Positions 30,201 through 37,488 of a stretch of 37,488 bases of DNA are shown here, in pieces. Made by a program: the position numbers and the translations under genes. Source of the stretch: Omnitrophica WOR_2 bacterium RIFCSPHIGHO2_02_FULL_67_20 (GTDB lineage: Bacteria > Omnitrophota > Gorgyraeia > Aquiviventales > Aquiviventaceae); contig MHGT01000032.1 of the NCBI GenBank assembly GCA_001805695.1, forward strand, positions 1 through 37,488, read 5' to 3'. The notes under the pieces are model-generated. The model made no database searches, was not told where the DNA came from, and saw nothing but the letters and a program-made list of their open reading frames with translations. Position 1 is the first letter of the stretch. Every line of letters begins with the position of its first letter.

Positions 30201-32561
30201 CGGCTCCAGGGCGTGGAGGCGCACGTCAGCCGCCTCGAGGCCCAGCGCACCCAGCGCACCGCGCACGCCGACGAGCTGCGCCGCCGCAGCCAGGCCGCCT
30301 TCGACGAGCACGCCGCACTGCAGCGCGCCTGCGACGAACTCAGGCGCCGCCTGACGACGGCGCAGGAGCTGCACGACGCCGCGTCGGCCAGGCGCCATGA
30401 GCTGACCGGACGGCTCCACGAGCTGCGCGACCGGCTCGCGGGTGAGCGCGCCCGCGCGGCGCTGCTCGAAGACCTCTGGCACCGCTATGAAGGGTTTCCC
30501 GACACGGTGAAGACGCTCATGAGCCGGCAGGTGGACGGGCTCATCGGCCCGCTTGTGGATCTCGTGCAGCCCGCTCCCGGCTACGAAGAGGTCGTCGAGG
30601 CGGCCCTCGGGCCGCTCGGCGAGGCGCTGGTCGTGCGCGACCGCCGGGCGCTGTCCCGTTGCCGGGAGCTGCTGAATGAGCAGGGGCTGGAGGGCTGCCG
30701 CTTCCTCGTCCTCTCGGACTGCCCGCTCGCGCTGGCGATGGAGCCGGCCGGTTCGCAGGAGGGGGTCGCGGGCGCGGTGAAACAGTACGTGCGCGCCGAG
30801 CCCGAGTACCAGCCGCTGGTGGACTGGCTGCTCAACGACTCCTGGGTCATCGACGACATCCAGCGGCTGCTCGGCCAGGCCCGGCCGCCGCAGGGACGGC
30901 TGGTGAGCCAGCGCGGCGAGCGGTGGGACCGCCGCTCGTGGCGCTTCGGCCGGACCACCCGCGCCTCCGCCTCCAGCCGGTTTGGGCGCAAGCAGCGCTG
31001 GGAAGCGGGCCAGGCGGTACTTCAGGCCTTGGAAGAAGAGTTCCGTCGCGTCGAAGCCGACTCCCGCGAGGCGGAGCAGGCTTGGCAGGCGCGCCTGAGC
31101 GAGCAGGAGGCGGCGAAGGGACAGGCGGCCCACACAGCACCCGCTCTGCACAAGCTGGACGCGCAGGCGATGCAGCTTGCGCGCGAGCTGGAGCGGCTTG
31201 ACGAGGAGCAGCGCGCCTGCGAGCTGGAGGCGGGGGACCTGACGGCCCAGCGCGAGGAGCTGTGCCGCGAATCGGCGCAGACCGAGCGGGCAGTGCAGGA
31301 GGCGCAGGAGCGCCAGCGAATACTCGAGCGCGCGCTCGGCGATGCGCAGGCCGCGCGCGAATCCTCGGAACAGCGCCGCCAGCAGCTGCTCATCGCCCGC
31401 GCACAGGTCGAGTCCTCTCGGCAGTCGCTGACGGAGCGCCGCGACGCGCTGCGCGCTCGCCGCGCCGAGCTTGACGCGGACAAGGCCGGGCTGTTGCAAC
31501 AGCTCGAATCCAGGGTCGCCCGGCGGCAGGACGTCCTGCGGCGCTCCGAAGAGCTCAGCGGGCAGCTCGAGGAGCATCGCCAGGCGGTCCAGCGCCTCAC
31601 CGAGGAGCGGAGCCGGCTCGACGCCGAGGCGGAGGCCGTCAGCCAGACGCTCAACACCGAAGAGGCGACGCGGGACCAGCTCCTGCCGCATCTCTTGGCC
31701 GCGGAGCAGGAGCTCTCGACGCTGATGCGCCAGCTCCAGGAACAGGCCCAGCAGCTCTCCGAGCGGACGTACCGCCGCACCCACCTGGTCGAGCGGCTGC
31801 GGGAGCTCTATCAGATCGACCAGACCGCCATTGACGCGGAGCGCCAGGCCAACCCGCCGCCGCTCACCGACGAGCAGCGCGCCCAGGCGTCCGAGCAGGT
31901 CCAGAAGCTGCGGGCCAAGCTGGAGGGGATCGGTCCGGTGAGCCTGGGATCGGTGGAAGAGTACGACGAGCTCAAGCGCCGCCTCGACTTCCTCCAGACC
32001 CAGCAGCAGGACCTCGTCCAGGCGCGGGACGATCTCAAAACCTCCATCACGCAGATCAACCGCACCGCCCGCACCCAGTTCCGCGAGACGTTCGAGCGGA
32101 TCAAGCAGGAGTTCCAGCACTACTACACCCGGCTTTTCGACGGCGGTGAAGCGAACCTCATCCTCCTCGACGAGGAGGATGTGCTGGAGTCCGGCATCGA
32201 CATCGTCGCCCGCCCGCCGGGGAAGCGTCTCCAGAGCATCAGCCTCCTCTCCGGCGGCGAGCGGGCGATCACAGCCGTGGCACTCCTCTTCGCGCTCTTC
32301 AAGGTGCGGCCCTCCCCGTTCTGCATCCTGGATGAGATCGATGCGCCGCTCGATGAGGCCAACGTGGACCGCTTCACCCGCGTGCTCGAGGAGTTCCTCA
32401 CGCTCTCCCAGTTCATCCTCGTCACGCACAACAAGAAGACGATCACCAAAGCCGACTCGCTCTACGGGGTGACGATGGAAGAACCCGGCATCTCCAAGAT
32501 CCTCTCCGCCAAGCTCACCCCCAGCCGCCCGCCCAGCTCGACCGTCCCCGTCGCGGCCTGA
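27297..32561 (+). CDS. smc: Chromosome partition protein SMC, interrupted in frame by an intein
   Basis: MRVKKLEIFGFKSF...GPNGSGK|intein|SNIVDSIRWVLGE. Hinge GLIGPLVDLV, signature LSGGERAITAVALLFAL, Walker B FCILDEIDAPLD. 1754 codons in total, 1193 without the intein. Confidence 0.95.
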   Translation: MRVKKLEIFGFKSFAHKTVIHFEPGVTAIVGPNGSGKCVHGDSRVVLADGRVVPIKELVEEALRDAGRIEDWDDGQATHDNPYGLRVLSLNPASLKVEPRPITAFIKRTAPAILYRIVTRTGRELVATGYHPLFTLDGGALKSLPADQLRLGMRIAIPRTLPVSGASDALDRAAIFSRFSRGDSVYVPHSPALEQWVNHISERGGGLAAVARRAGIERGHVSMVRQGQAVNAATVSRLQTWSQDGGDASVGTVLQASRGAKAAMTIPSRMTPALARFLGYCISEGQNTSANQVWFVNSDPALVEDFCRCAAETFGVRPRVLSYKPNAKDVLVFSHALCLYLEKAFGFAVGQLSAEKQAPDVVLGASEECVRAFLSALFEGDGHVAMKMRAGRTIAYVEYATASHRLADDVCLLLLRFGIVGRIATKRKAATNTRHRVVRTYYSVMIYGVEQLTRLAEVLEFRGEKRRALECLRLLNQSPNPNDDVVPGVTPLVNALVRQAGLSVKRLRKEHPTLAAYYEGRCEATRPGIRRVLDAVQRLGRGGPEVSTLCERLRLLAESDVYWDAIASIEPVRGTEWVYDLTVDGYHNFIANGMVVHNSNIVDSIRWVLGEHNPRDVRAPRLEDVIFNGTDKKAPLSMAEVHLTIANEQGLLPIAFTEVTITRRVYRSGESECFINQSPCRLKDIQELFLGTGLGGGTYAIIEQGHIDLILSSKPEERRIVFEEASGVAKYLAKKRETMRRLDEVEEHLVRIADIIAEVRRQVAALERAANKARQYKTQWEQLKQLELRLVVDELGSGQTRDQELETRVRALQAKRDELEAQKQTHVTSLEAANAAVSAIAGRLQELRTQAVTSASEVQQHDGQLALKTRWIEELAQQVQQAEAEAVQLRERTTQLDEQLARVGGAEAEVAAQLSAVEEQAHQGGGELAALEVVLQSALETLETAKAQLFDAASEASHQRNRLAGAASRLQGVEAHVSRLEAQRTQRTAHADELRRRSQAAFDEHAALQRACDELRRRLTTAQELHDAASARRHELTGRLHELRDRLAGERARAALLEDLWHRYEGFPDTVKTLMSRQVDGLIGPLVDLVQPAPGYEEVVEAALGPLGEALVVRDRRALSRCRELLNEQGLEGCRFLVLSDCPLALAMEPAGSQEGVAGAVKQYVRAEPEYQPLVDWLLNDSWVIDDIQRLLGQARPPQGRLVSQRGERWDRRSWRFGRTTRASASSRFGRKQRWEAGQAVLQALEEEFRRVEADSREAEQAWQARLSEQEAAKGQAAHTAPALHKLDAQAMQLARELERLDEEQRACELEAGDLTAQREELCRESAQTERAVQEAQERQRILERALGDAQAARESSEQRRQQLLIARAQVESSRQSLTERRDALRARRAELDADKAGLLQQLESRVARRQDVLRRSEELSGQLEEHRQAVQRLTEERSRLDAEAEAVSQTLNTEEATRDQLLPHLLAAEQELSTLMRQLQEQAQQLSERTYRRTHLVERLRELYQIDQTAIDAERQANPPPLTDEQRAQASEQVQKLRAKLEGIGPVSLGSVEEYDELKRRLDFLQTQQQDLVQARDDLKTSITQINRTARTQFRETFERIKQEFQHYYTRLFDGGEANLILLDEEDVLESGIDIVARPPGKRLQSISLLSGGERAITAVALLFALFKVRPSPFCILDEIDAPLDEANVDRFTRVLEEFLTLSQFILVTHNKKTITKADSLYGVTMEEPGISKILSAKLTPSRPPSSTVPVAA
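27408..29090 (+). mobile_element. Class 1 intein with a LAGLIDADG homing-endonuclease domain, inserted in the SMC Walker A motif
   Basis: Cys1 (CVHGDSRVVLADGRVVPIKEL), block B TGYHPLF, LAGLIDADG motifs LARFLGYCISEGQ and FLSALFEGDGHV, blocks F/G VYDLTVDGYHNFIANGMVVHN, then +1 Ser. 561 codons. Confidence 0.9.
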
Positions 32562-32563
32562 AT

Positions 32564-32584
32564 CGCAGATATCCGCAATCTGCG
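32564..32584 (+). terminator. Hairpin CGCAGAT-atccgca-ATCTGCG just after the smc stop
   Basis: Perfect 7-bp stem with no clear T tract. It shares the GCAGAT/ATCTGC unit with the element at 2876-2950. Confidence 0.35.
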
Positions 32585-32601
32585 GTAATCAGCGTCCTGG
32601 G

Positions 32602-32630
32602 TTGACCCCCTTTCCCCCGGAGGCTATACT
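32602..32630 (+). promoter_or_regulatory. Sigma70-like promoter TTGACC-17-TATACT, ending 8 nt before the ribBA ATG
   Basis: Read directly. No Shine-Dalgarno sequence lies between the -10 and the ATG. Confidence 0.5.
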
Positions 32631-32638
32631 GATCTGCC

Positions 32639-33850
32639 ATGCCTGAGCCCGCGTTCCACCCCATTCCAGAAATCCTGGAAGAGATCCGCCAGGGGCGCCT
32701 CGTCATCGTCGTCGACGACGATGACCGCGAGAACGAGGGCGACCTCGTCATGGCGGCCGGCTTCGCCACCCCGGGGCACATCAACTTCATGGCCACTCAC
32801 GGCCGGGGGATCGTCTGCGTTCCGATGGAGGGCCGATCGCTCGACCGGCTGGGGCTCCATCCGATGGTCAGCCCCTCCGAGGATCCGATGAAGACGGCCT
32901 GGACCATCTCGGTCGACGCCAAGCGCGGGGTCACCACCGGCATTTCCGCCCACGACCGGGCCCATACGATCCAGGTGCTCGTCAACCCCGCCTCCGGAGC
33001 CGGCGACCTGTGCCGCCCCGGCCACGTCTTCCCGCTGCGCGCCAAGGAGGGCGGCGTCCTGCGCCGGGCGGGCCACACCGAGGCGGCGGTGGATCTGGCG
33101 CGCCTGGCGGGGCTTGCCCCGGCGGGCGTCATCTGCGAGATCATGCAGGACGACGGCTCGATGGCGCGCATCCCGGATCTCCTGGCCTTTGCCGAGCGGC
33201 ACCGGCTCAAGATCTGCACGATCGCCAGCCTCATCGAGTACCGCCGGCGCTTCGAGAAGCTGGTGACGCGCGTGACGACGACCAAGCTGCCGACTGAGCT
33301 CGGCGAGTTCTCGCTCGTGCTCTACGGCACCAGCATCGACGACCGCCAGCATGTGGCACTCGTCCGGGGGGCGGTGGATGACGGCCGGCCCTCACTCGTG
33401 CGCGTCCACTCGCAGTGCCTCACCGGCGACGTGTTCGGCAGCCGCCGGTGCGACTGCGGTCCGCAGCTGCGCCGGGCCATGGAGAAGATCGCCTCGGACG
33501 GCCGCGGCGTCATCCTCTACATCAATCAGGAGGGGCGGGGCATCGGCCTGGCGAACAAGCTGAAGGCGTACGCGCTCCAGGACCAGGGGATGGACACGGT
33601 CGAGGCGAACTTGGCGCTCGGCTTCCCGCCGGATTTGCGCGACTACGGCATCGGCGCGCAGATCCTGGTGGATTTGGGGCTGAAGGATCTCCGCCTGCTC
33701 ACCAACAACCCCAGGAAGATCGTCGGCCTGGAGGGGTACGGGCTGCGCGTGGTCGAGCGCGTGCCGATTGAAATCGGCGCGCATCCCGACAACGCGAAGT
33801 ACCTTGAGGCCAAGCGCGACAAGCTCGGCCACCTCCTCGATGCCGTCTAG
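32639..33850 (+). CDS. ribBA: Bifunctional 3,4-dihydroxy-2-butanone-4-phosphate synthase / GTP cyclohydrolase II
   Basis: [17 protein letters not shown] (DHBP synthase) and [24 protein letters not shown] (GTP cyclohydrolase II zinc site). Confidence 0.95.
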   Translation: MPEPAFHPIPEILEEIRQGRLVIVVDDDDRENEGDLVMAAGFATPGHINFMATHGRGIVCVPMEGRSLDRLGLHPMVSPSEDPMKTAWTISVDAKRGVTTGISAHDRAHTIQVLVNPASGAGDLCRPGHVFPLRAKEGGVLRRAGHTEAAVDLARLAGLAPAGVICEIMQDDGSMARIPDLLAFAERHRLKICTIASLIEYRRRFEKLVTRVTTTKLPTELGEFSLVLYGTSIDDRQHVALVRGAVDDGRPSLVRVHSQCLTGDVFGSRRCDCGPQLRRAMEKIASDGRGVILYINQEGRGIGLANKLKAYALQDQGMDTVEANLALGFPPDLRDYGIGAQILVDLGLKDLRLLTNNPRKIVGLEGYGLRVVERVPIEIGAHPDNAKYLEAKRDKLGHLLDAV

Positions 33851-33877
33851 CCTCGGCGTTCCGCGTGCGCCGGTGGC

Positions 33878-34384
33878 GTGATGCGGCGGATTGGGCCGGC
33901 CCGCCCCGCCCGCGTTGCGTCGCAACGCGAAGCCGGCGGGGCAAGGGGCAAGCGCTTCGTCATCCTCGCCTCGCAGTTCCACGAGCCGCTCAGCCGCGCC
34001 CTGATCGACGGCGCGGTCCGGACGCTGCGCCGCCACGGCGCCTCAACCGGCGCCATCCGCGTCGTGTGGGTGCCGGGGGCGTTTGAACTGCCTGTCGTCG
34101 CCGCCCGCCTCGTCCGACGCCGGCCCCACCCCCATGCGGTCATTGCGCTCGGCGCGCTCATCAAGGGCGGCACGCCGCAGTATGCGGTGCTGGCGAACGC
34201 GGTTGCCGCCGGGCTGACCGAAGTGTCGGTGCGGACAGGCGTGCCGGTGACCTTCGGGGTGATCGTCGCCAAGACGCTGGCGCAGGCGCGGGCGCGCGCC
34301 GGCGGGTCCAAGGGCAATCGGGGCGAAGAGGCGGCGCTCGCGGCCCTCGCCGTCCTGAAGCTGCTGAACGATTCACGCCTGTGA
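33878..34384 (+). CDS. ribH: 6,7-dimethyl-8-ribityllumazine synthase
   Basis: FVILASQFHEPLSRALIDGA...VWVPGAFELP...IALGALIKGGTPQY...VTFGVI. The start is GTG 33878 or ATG 33881, which gives a longer than usual N-terminus. Confidence 0.85.
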   Translation: MMRRIGPARPARVASQREAGGARGKRFVILASQFHEPLSRALIDGAVRTLRRHGASTGAIRVVWVPGAFELPVVAARLVRRRPHPHAVIALGALIKGGTPQYAVLANAVAAGLTEVSVRTGVPVTFGVIVAKTLAQARARAGGSKGNRGEEAALAALAVLKLLNDSRL

Positions 34385-34388
34385 AATC

Positions 34389-34814
34389 ATGCGAAACCGG
34401 ACGAAGTCGAGAGAGTGCGCGCTGCAGATGCTCTACCAGGTGGACATCCGGCACGCCGACCCGAAACAGGTCATCGAGGAGTTCTGGCAGGCCGAGGCGC
34501 AGGTCGCCGACGACGTCAAGAGCTACGCAAACCAGCTCGTCGAGGGGACGCGCCAGCGCCTCACCGACATCGACGGAGTGATCAGCGCCCACGCCGACAA
34601 CTGGAACCTGAAGCGGATGGCGGTCATCGACCGGAACATTCTCCGGCTGGGGGCATTCGAGCTGCTCTACCTCGACGACGTGCCCGCCAAGGTGTGCATC
34701 AACGAGGCGATTGAGCTGGCCAAGCGATTCGGCGACACCGAGTCGGGCAAGTTCATCAACGGCATCCTTGATGCCATCTATAAGAAGCGACATGCCCCCA
34801 GCCAAGACCGCTGA
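34389..34814 (+). CDS. nusB: Transcription antitermination factor NusB
   Basis: SRECALQMLYQVDI...RMAVIDRNILRLGAFELLY...PAKVCINEAIELAKRFG...KFINGILD. Confidence 0.92.
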   Translation: MRNRTKSRECALQMLYQVDIRHADPKQVIEEFWQAEAQVADDVKSYANQLVEGTRQRLTDIDGVISAHADNWNLKRMAVIDRNILRLGAFELLYLDDVPAKVCINEAIELAKRFGDTESGKFINGILDAIYKKRHAPSQDR

Positions 34815-35625
34815 CCTCCACCTCCACACGTTCTATTCCGACGGCACGGACGCCCCGGAGCGGGTCGTCGAGCTCGCCAAGGCCGCAGGCCTCTCGGCCA
34901 TCGCCATCACCGACCACGACAACACCGAGGCCTGCGCCGTGGCCGAGCCGGCGGCGCGCCGGGCCGGCATCGAGCTCATCCCCGGCATCGAGATGTCGGC
35001 CAGCGTCGAGGCCCAGGACGTGCACGTCCTGGGCCTCTTCCTGGACTTCGGCCACCCGCCGCTGGTGGCACACCTCACGGAGCAGCAGGCACGGCGGGTG
35101 CGCCGCGTGCATGAGATGGTCCGCCGCCTCTCGGAGGTCGGCGTCCGGATCAGCGCGGCGGAGGTCCTGGAGCTGGCAGCGCTCGGCACCGTCGGCCGCC
35201 CCCATGTGGCGCGCATCCTGCTCAAGCACGGCTACATCAGCTCGCTGCCCGAGGCGTTTTCCAAGTATCTCGGTCCCGACAACCCCGGCTTCGTGCCCGG
35301 CTCCCCAATGCCGCCGTCCCGGATCATCCGCCTCATCCTCGAGGCGGGCGGCGTGCCGGTGCTCGCCCATCCGGTGTACCTGAAAGGCGACGCGTTCATC
35401 GACGCCTTCACGCGGGACGGCTTGGCCGGGCTCGAGGTCTACCACTCCTCCCATACGCCCGAGCAGGTGCGCCACTACGAGGGGGTCGCCGACCGCCTGA
35501 AGCTGCTCAAGACCGGCGGCAGCGACTACCACGGCGAGTCGAAGGAAGGGCTGCCGGTCGGGGCCGTCACGATCCCCTACGAGCTGGTGGAGTCGCTCCG
35601 CCAATGGACGTCGAGAAACCGTTAA
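34792..35625 (+). CDS. PHP-domain metal-dependent phosphoesterase (TrpH/YciV-like)
   Basis: ADLHLHTFYSDGTD, AIAITDHDN, GIEMS, VLAHP, GGSDYHG. The ATG at 34792 overlaps the nusB end by 23 nt. Confidence 0.8.
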   Translation: MPPAKTADLHLHTFYSDGTDAPERVVELAKAAGLSAIAITDHDNTEACAVAEPAARRAGIELIPGIEMSASVEAQDVHVLGLFLDFGHPPLVAHLTEQQARRVRRVHEMVRRLSEVGVRISAAEVLELAALGTVGRPHVARILLKHGYISSLPEAFSKYLGPDNPGFVPGSPMPPSRIIRLILEAGGVPVLAHPVYLKGDAFIDAFTRDGLAGLEVYHSSHTPEQVRHYEGVADRLKLLKTGGSDYHGESKEGLPVGAVTIPYELVESLRQWTSRNR

Positions 35626-35727
35626 GCCCGTTACGCCCGTTAAGCCCGTTGGCCCGTTACGCCCGTTGGCCTGTTGCAACGGGCTCAACCGGCATAACGG
35701 GCTTAACGGGCGCAACGGGGGCAACGG
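35618..35727. repeat. Tandem ~9-mer array (CCCGTTAAG/CCCGTTACG/CCCGTTGG) with an inverted AACGGGC-type array
   Basis: About seven left-arm units and about six right-arm units. The first unit contains the TAA stop of the PHP gene. Confidence 0.8.
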
Positions 35728-35744
35728 ACGTTGGCGAGCGTTGG

Positions 35745-36857
35745 ATGGACCTCGCCCTGCGCCTGGCGCGTCGCTCCGAGGGTGAGACGTCGCCCAACCC
35801 GCCGGTCGGCGCCGTCATCGTCAAGGGCGGCCGCCTCGTCGGCTGGGGCTGGCACCGGCGCGCGGGCGCTCCCCACGCGGAGGTCGACGCGCTCCGGCGC
35901 GCGGGCGCGCGCTCGCGCGGCGCCACACTCTATGTCACGCTGGAACCGTGCAACCACACCGGACGCACCGGCCCGTGCTGCGGCGCCATCCGCGCGGCAG
36001 GCATCGCGCGCGTGGTCATCGGCGCCAAGGATCCCAACCCCATGACGGACGGGCGCGGTATCGCGCGGCTGCGTCGGATGGGCGTGCGGGTGGCGACCGG
36101 CGTGCGCGCTCCCGAAGCCGAACGGCTCATCGAGCCGTTCCGCAAAGCGATGACGACCGGCCTGCCGTTCGTGGTGGCCAAGGCCGCGCAGAGCCTCGAT
36201 GGGAAGATCGCAACGTCCAGCGGCCAGTCGCGCTGGATCACGTCGGCGCCGGCCCGTCGGGCGGGCCACGCATGGCGCGCCAGGCTGGATGCGATCCTGG
36301 TCGGCATCGACACCGTGCTGACGGATAACCCGCTGTTGAGCGCCCGTTTCGGCCGCCGCCGCGCCGGTCGCCCCCTCAAGATTATCGTGGACAGCCGCCT
36401 CAGGACTCCGCCGTCGGCGCGGTGCCTGTCGTCCGCCTCGCCCGCGCCGACCCTCATCGCCACCTGCCTGCCGCGCCGCCTGGCGCAGCAGAGGCACTCG
36501 GCCGTCCGCGCCCTGGCGCGCCGAGGGGCCGAGGTCGTGGTATTGCCGGCACGCCGGGGACGGGTGCCGCTTGAGCGTCTCTTCCGGCTGCTGGTCCGGC
36601 GGGGGATTCACTCGGTGCTGATTGAGGGCGGCGGGGAGGTGTTGGCCGGGGCCCTGGCGGAGCGGCTCGTGGATCGGATCGCGTTTTTCGTAGCCCCCCT
36701 CCTCATCGGCGGCCGCGCCTCATCGAGCTCGGTCGGCGGAGCCGGCGCGCGCCGGCTCTCAGAGGCGGTCCGGCTGCAGCGCCTCGCGTGGTCCCGCGTC
36801 GGGCCGGATCTGTGCGTGGAGGCGGACGTCGTGTATCCAAAGCGTTCAGCCCGTTAG
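35745..36857 (+). CDS. ribD: Bifunctional riboflavin biosynthesis deaminase/reductase
   Basis: HAEVDALRRAG and PCNHTGRTGPCC (CMP/dCMP-type deaminase zinc site), then the reductase domain (VVAKAAQSLDGKIA...VLIEGGGEV). The ATG at 35745 is preferred over 35604, which would translate the repeat element. Confidence 0.9.
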   Translation: MDLALRLARRSEGETSPNPPVGAVIVKGGRLVGWGWHRRAGAPHAEVDALRRAGARSRGATLYVTLEPCNHTGRTGPCCGAIRAAGIARVVIGAKDPNPMTDGRGIARLRRMGVRVATGVRAPEAERLIEPFRKAMTTGLPFVVAKAAQSLDGKIATSSGQSRWITSAPARRAGHAWRARLDAILVGIDTVLTDNPLLSARFGRRRAGRPLKIIVDSRLRTPPSARCLSSASPAPTLIATCLPRRLAQQRHSAVRALARRGAEVVVLPARRGRVPLERLFRLLVRRGIHSVLIEGGGEVLAGALAERLVDRIAFFVAPLLIGGRASSSSVGGAGARRLSEAVRLQRLAWSRVGPDLCVEADVVYPKRSAR

Positions 36858-36958
36858 CCAGTTAGCCGGTTTGCCGGTTACTCAAGACATCCAACCGGCT
36901 TGACCGGCCAACGGGCTCAACGGACATAACGGGCTTAACGGGCTCAACCGGCCTAACG
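36849..36958. repeat. Second member of the CCCGTTA / TAACGGGC array family
   Basis: gcccgttagccagttagccggtttgccggttac ... caaccggcttgaccggccaacgggctcaacggacataacgggcttaacgggctcaaccggcctaacg. The first unit contains the ribD TAG stop. Confidence 0.8.
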
Positions 36959-36967
36959 AACCCAGCG

Positions 36968-37488
36968 ATGTTTACGGGGATCATCCAGGAAATCGGAACG
37001 GTCGAGCGCGTCGAGCGGAAGCGCGGCGTGACGCGCCTTTCGATCCAGGCGCCGAAGACCGCGGCCAGGGTTGCGCCGCTCGAAAGCGTGGCGGTCAACG
37101 GCACGTGCCTGACCGCGGTGCAGGTGGGGCGCGGTCTGATGGTCTTTGAGGTGATCGGAGAAACGCGCGGCCTCACGACGGTGGGAACGCTGCGGCCCGG
37201 CGCGCGGGTCAATCTGGAGCCGAGCCTGACCCTGGTCGACCGGATCAACGGCCATATCCTGCTGGGCCATGTCGACGGCCCGGGCATCATCATTCGGCGG
37301 ACGCAGCGGGCAGGGGAGCTCGTGCTCGAGATCCGCGTGCCGGCGGGCGTGCGCCGCTTCCTGGTGTCAAAAGGCCCGGTGGCGGTGGATGGGGTGAGCT
37401 TGACGGTGGGAACCCGGCTGACCGCGTCGACCTTGACCGTGCACCTGATCCCTGAAACGCTGCGGCAGACCACGCTGTGCCTCGCGCG
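36968..37488 (+). CDS. ribE: Riboflavin synthase alpha chain, 3' end outside the window
   Basis: MFTGIIQEIGTVERV...VAVNGTCLTAV...VNLEPSL...GHILLGHVDG...VAVDGVSLTV. Absent from the ORF track because no stop is reached. Confidence 0.9.
   Translation, partial: MFTGIIQEIGTVERVERKRGVTRLSIQAPKTAARVAPLESVAVNGTCLTAVQVGRGLMVFEVIGETRGLTTVGTLRPGARVNLEPSLTLVDRINGHILLGHVDGPGIIIRRTQRAGELVLEIRVPAGVRRFLVSKGPVAVDGVSLTVGTRLTASTLTVHLIPETLRQTTLCLA

Noticed and set aside
32562-32638. FMN (RFN) riboswitch upstream of ribBA, or upstream of ribD (35626-35744).
   Set aside because: The gaps are too short or are filled by repeat arrays, and I see none of the conserved RFN core segments. The ribBA promoter appears to abut the ATG.
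1-37488. tRNA, rRNA or other known structured RNA genes.
   Set aside because: The intergenic gaps are short and are occupied by promoters or repeat palindromes. Nothing with a cloverleaf-like arrangement or rRNA-like conservation was seen by eye. This reading cannot exclude small ncRNAs.

Overview
High-GC (about two-thirds G+C by eye) bacterial chromosomal window in which every convincing gene lies on the + strand. I cannot assign a taxon from the sequence alone.

Gene order:
- A run of two-component genes: three GAF-type histidine kinases and four receiver proteins, one of them an RpfG-like REC-HD-GYP. An extra FabF-like ketosynthase is embedded in this run.
- fabG-acpP-fabF.
- A 12-kb type II secretion / pseudopilus cluster: gspE, F, G, H-, I- and J-like, K, a PilM/N-like L, M, a MerR-like regulator, an ExeA-like ATPase, a GspC-like protein, and a secretin.
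- A FabL-like SDR.
- smc.
- Riboflavin genes: ribBA, ribH, nusB, a PHP phosphoesterase, ribD, and ribE (cut by the window end).

Main non-routine observations:
1. A ~3.2-kb low-GC cassette (~3920-7135) has both compositional edges inside ORFs. It encodes a PilZ-methyltransferase fusion, a stand-alone thioester-reductase-type SDR, and the multi-pass membrane N-terminus of a histidine kinase.
2. c-di-GMP parts recur across the window: PilZ, HD-GYP, and an MshEN-like tandem motif in GspE.
3. The secretin carries a C-terminal TonB/TolA-like domain.
4. A 561-codon LAGLIDADG intein splits the Walker A motif of SMC.
5. Several families of short tandem-repeat palindromic elements sit exactly at gene junctions. 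Some supply stop codons or are translated into pseudopilin and secretin leaders. One lies beside a duplicated, displaced fabF 3' end.
6. Several first-in-operon genes look leaderless.

Everything here is hand reading. GC values are estimates by eye, repeat boundaries are good to a few nt, and no database search was possible.
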